Assembly: GCF_001194135.2 (NCBI RefSeq)
Contig: NC_069008.1
Coordinates: 9,466,683 to 9,530,682 of the forward strand
Direction of reading: 5' to 3'
Origin: Octopus bimaculoides
Taxonomy: Eukaryota
Length of the DNA stretch: 64,000 nt
The notes beneath the pieces were generated by a model. That model had not been told where the DNA came from. It searched no databases and was given only the letters and a program-made list of their open reading frames with translations. Shown here piece by piece: positions 60,001 through 64,000 of the stretch (its first letter is position 1; each line of letters starts with the position of its first letter). The position numbers and the translations under genes are program-made.

Positions 60001-61570
60001 TTGCATCTGTAGGTATTCAGGGGAAATATTGAAATTGTCTATATATGTGTCTAAATATTTGTTGTTTTCCTTGCAGGGTGTGAAGCGGGATTTATTTCTG
60101 ACTATTGATTCATCATTTATATTCTTATTACCAAAGAATTCTGTAAGTCAGAGGTGGCGGTTAAAATGTTCAATATCAGATTTCAGCTCAATGAGATTCA
60201 GGGTGGGTGTCGGAGTAAACTTGAAACCTTTTAATAGGAGATTCATTTCATTCTTGCTGAGATTTCTATTTGACAAATTTATGATCTTCAGGTCTATATG
60301 TTCTGTGTGCTCATTAAAATTTTGTGTTGTGTTGGGTCTGGTGCGTGATTGTGATATTTTCTCCCTAAAGAAGGAATTGTGTTACTGTGCCTCCATTTTC
60401 TGATTTCGGGGTCCTAGTTACCATGTAGGTGGGGGATGGTTCATGTTCTTTGTACAAATTCCATCATCCATAGGTTCTGTTTTCTTCCCATCTTCCATAA
60501 TTTGGGGCCATTCAGGATGTATGGGATTTTGGGATGTAAATCGTGGGTTTCTTGTTACCTTGGGGATCATTCATATTATGGTTTCTGTGTTGTCCGTATT
60601 TTAGTTGTGTTTCTTCCCATGTATCCATCCATTTAGGGTACGTGGTATTATGGGTTGGTCGGTATATTATTTGTATTTACTCATCTAGGGTGTTTGATAT
60701 TATGAGTTGATGGTTATCTTATATATTTCATGTGTTGGCATTGCAGAATATGGTTTTCTAGTCTATACTTGGGGTGAGCTGGAGGTCATTCCCGCATATG
60801 TTCTTTTTCATTGCAAAACATTACTGCTGTTTCTGCTCCAATGCTTATAACAATTATACTCCTCTCTATAAAATTGGGTTTTATTTTTCTCATTTGTAAA
60901 TGTTGTACTAATGTTCTTTTCTTGCAAAAACATGAAATTAAAAGACACCTGACGTTATTTTTCAATGCAAAATATCAAAATTACACAATGTAGACATAGA
61001 TATATTTCCAAACACATGAACTCACAGGCACACATATACGTGCACACACACACACACTCACATAGACAATTATGCACACACACACACACACACACACACA
61101 TACGTATATATATATGTATATATATTTAATTTTTCATAGAAACTCTTATCTTCCTTCTGGCACCTTAAGAAAAAGGAAAAAACAAATATGCTTTCAGTGA
61201 TGACAGCACCCCATCCATTTTTTCATTATTTTCCCCATCCTAAAACTGACATCTTGGAGAGGTCATCACACTTGAACTCATGTCAATAGCTATACAATGG
61301 TAACTAACTAAATAAATGGTAAATACATGCCAAATTGAAAAGAAATCCCTCCCTCCTCCCTCTCTTTACCTATCTATCTGTCTGTCTATCTATCTACCTA
61401 TCTATCAATCAATCTCCTGGAACCTCATCAAAAAAACAAAAACAATGTTCTCCTCTTGTAAACAAAACAAAAAACACCTGATTTATATAAATGAACAACC
61501 TGTTTGCACATTCACAATTATATTTGACAAGTTTGAAAACAAATGAAAGCAGTAATAATAATGAATAAAT
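57061..61570. repeat. Long inverted repeats (about 57061-57760 and 60870-61570) flanking a PLE
   Basis: Reverse-complement match throughout. 57318-57461 and about 61210-61353 appear identical; the other parts are visibly diverged. Confidence 0.88.
57990..60403 (-). mobile_element. Penelope-like element ORF (RT plus GIY-YIG), frameshifted
   Basis: ADKGG-like EADKGGETVIMD, SFDVTNLYTNI (~59400-59435), MALGTQLAPSYANL, RFLNDYF, ELPFLDI, TDIFYK, CKMQNLIYC..CPNC..NYFGKT...R..HRQ. Confidence 0.88.
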
Positions 61571-61607
61571 GAAAGAATTTTAATTCTGGAGACCTTTTTT
61601 TCTCTAT

Positions 61608-61652
<45 letters not shown>

Positions 61653-62894
61653 NNNNNNNNNNACACACACACACACACACACACATATGTATATATATAT
61701 ATATATAAATATGTATATATATATATGTAGTCACCAAAATGAAACAAATATGGATGACTTGCTCCGAAGCACCACCGACTGAGGAACACTTCTCAAAAAT
61801 AACCTGCAGTTGTTTCCTTCAAAATTCCGATATGCTTGAAATGTACATACATCAAGGTATATTTGTAGAAAATTTCACGAAAAGACATTCTTTTTCCTGG
61901 AAGTTAAGAGGAATTTAAGTGGAATTGCCGAAAATTGTCCCCCACCCCCTTCCAAAACATTTTCACCGAAAATTTTTGTATATTCGGAATCTAAATAATA
62001 AATAATATATCCATAGAAAATTTCATTAAAAAATATTCATTTTCATGAAAGTTATGACCTTCAAAAGTTGTGGGGTACAACTCTGTAGTTATGCCACATT
62101 GACGAACATGAGTTATATTTTTGTGAATGATTGTTTACATGCACGTGTATGCGTTTGAGAGAGCGAGAGAGGAAGAAGGGGAGAATGAATAGAGATCGAG
62201 TCCAATGTGTATGTTGTTGTCACAGGTCAAGTATGTGTGGTTGTGTGTGTTTTTACGTATCTATGTTATGAAAAATAGGTAAAGAATACTGAGATGAAAG
62301 TTTAATCTATGACGTTGTATGTATCACTTTCTCTCCCTCTCCCTCTTTTACTCTTATTCTCTATATTTTTATGTTGAGCGCGTGTGTTAAAACGGCGTTC
62401 CAGGTAGAAGGGAAGAAATATAAAAGTTGCTAGAAACAACAGCCAAATCTCCCTTAAATCACACAAAATAAACGAAATTTAAAAAATCTAATTACTGCAC
62501 TGGAATGTTCACATCGAGAAAATTCCANNNNNNNNNNNNNNNNNNNNNNNNNNNNNNNNNNNNNNNNNNNNNNNNNNNNNNNNNNNNNNNNNNNNNNNNN
62601 NNNNNNNNNNNNNNNNNNNNNNNNNNNNNNNNNNNNNNNNNNNNNNNNNNNNNNNNNNNNNNNNNNNNNNNNNNNNNNNNNNNNNNNNNNNNNNNNNNNN
62701 NNNNNNNNNNNNNNNNNNNNNNNNNNNNNNNNNNNNNNNNNNNNNNNNNNNNNNNNNNNNNNNNNNNNNNNNNNNNNNNNNNNNNNNNNNNNNNNNNNNN
62801 NNNNNNNNNNNNNNNNNNNNNNNNNNNNNNNNNNNNNNNNNNNNNNNNNNNNNNNNNNNNNNNNNNNNNNNNNNNNNNNNNNNNNNNNNNNNNN

Positions 62895-64000
62895 TGTGGT
62901 CAGTTCGAAGATAGACGGCGTACGTAAAAGACGTGTTTTGATCTGGAGCGATCGTTTACCCCGCTACAGTCGACAATGTAAGGTCCCAGTGTTTCGTTCT
63001 CACTTTTGCTTCTTGTAGTCTTTTTCCTCCATCACACCACAAGCTATTTCGGCCTATAACAAAAAAAAAAAAAAATTATGAGTGTAGTCCGGATTTCTAA
63101 CGATGTGATTAAACCGTTTTGCGGTGACACGGATGTGGTCGCGTGGTTAAAAAAGATGAAGCTCCACGGGATAGGCGACTTAGCAAGCTTTTTACCGCTG
63201 TACTTAGATGGCCCGAAGTTGGCGTTATTCTTAGAGATGGAAGAGAAGGACCAACTTAGCGCGGAAAAAATAGAAATACGCTTGATGGAGGCCTTTGCAG
63301 AAGGAATGTTTGAAGCATATGCTCACCTGGGGAAATCAGAGTGGACTGGCGAACAGGTCGATGTGTTTGCCAACGAACTCAGGAGATTGGCTAAACTGGC
63401 GGGGTACGAAGAAGAACGCTAGATCGGACGGTTAAGTTGGCGATTGTGACTGGTTTTTCTGACCACATGTCGGTCGAATTGCAGAAGCTGCTGAACGTAA
63501 ACTCCAAGGCGTGCTAGTTTCATGTTGTAGATCGACGCCGTTGGCGGCAACTGCAACAGCAAAAGGTGGCTGAGCAAGGAGTAGCAGAGAGGGGCCGAAC
63601 AAGGAACGTGTGCGACCGTTCAAAGGACAGTGTTTCCGGTGTCAGGGCCCGCACATGGTGCGAGACTGCAAGTTACCCAAGCCTCAGGTCATTTGCTACC
63701 GATGTCAAGAAACAGGACATATAGCCAGCGAATGCCTGCAGGGAAACGGTCTAAGGGAGACTACTGCACCAGTGGTCATCCCTTTGGATCAATAGAGGCG
63801 CGTTTGTTGCTACCCGTTGTCGACATTCTGGTGGAGGGGAAGATGTCGCGAGACCTCGTGGACACGGGCTGTACGACGACCCTGATGACTCTAGGAGTGG
63901 TAGAGACGTGGAGTGGAGAAAGCAGTGTGAGGGAAGTCGACGGAAAAGAGGTACGCTGTGAAGGCATTACAGACGTGTAGACTGAGGTGCAGGGAACAAA
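62895..64000 (+). mobile_element. Gypsy-type LTR retrotransposon 5' part (LTR end, gag with two CCHC knuckles, protease)
   Basis: Gag 63078-63422 (LPLYLDG..LALF.EM...); knuckles CFRCQGPHMVRDC and CYRCQETGHIASEC; aspartic protease LVDTGCTTTL. Putative LTR ends ...CCTATAACA at 63061. Runs off the window. Confidence 0.88.

Overview
AT-rich, repeat-dense animal genomic DNA with several N gaps and many microsatellites. The repeat repertoire resembles Octopus (inferred from recalled repeat families, not verified). The only host protein-coding gene I can support is centrin-3 (CETN3) on the minus strand. Three coding exons were recovered by hand: 38811-38795 (MSLSLR), 16181-16046 and 9539-9425. Their sizes (17/136/115 nt) and phases match the vertebrate CETN3 structure as I recall it; the 3' exons were not found in the window. 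A CpG-containing segment at about 40.5-40.64 kb (NRF1-like motif, strong + strand donor) suggests a divergent promoter. The rest is transposon-derived: RTE, L1/Tx1 and CR1-type LINE fragments, tRNA-derived SINEs, several Penelope-like elements (PLEs), Helitron, hAT, Merlin and mariner relics, fold-back MITEs, and the 5' part of a Gypsy element. The main non-obvious result is a set of eight type I hammerhead ribozyme (HHR) motifs read directly from the sequence: five complete-looking, two decayed and one partial. They are attributed to PLE termini (directly for those beside PLE ORF remnants, by inference for the two hairpin pairs), several next to (TA)n microsatellites. Most minus-strand copies lie in sense orientation within CETN3 introns. 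No folding, alignment or database search was run. TE boundaries are approximate unless a TSD is stated.
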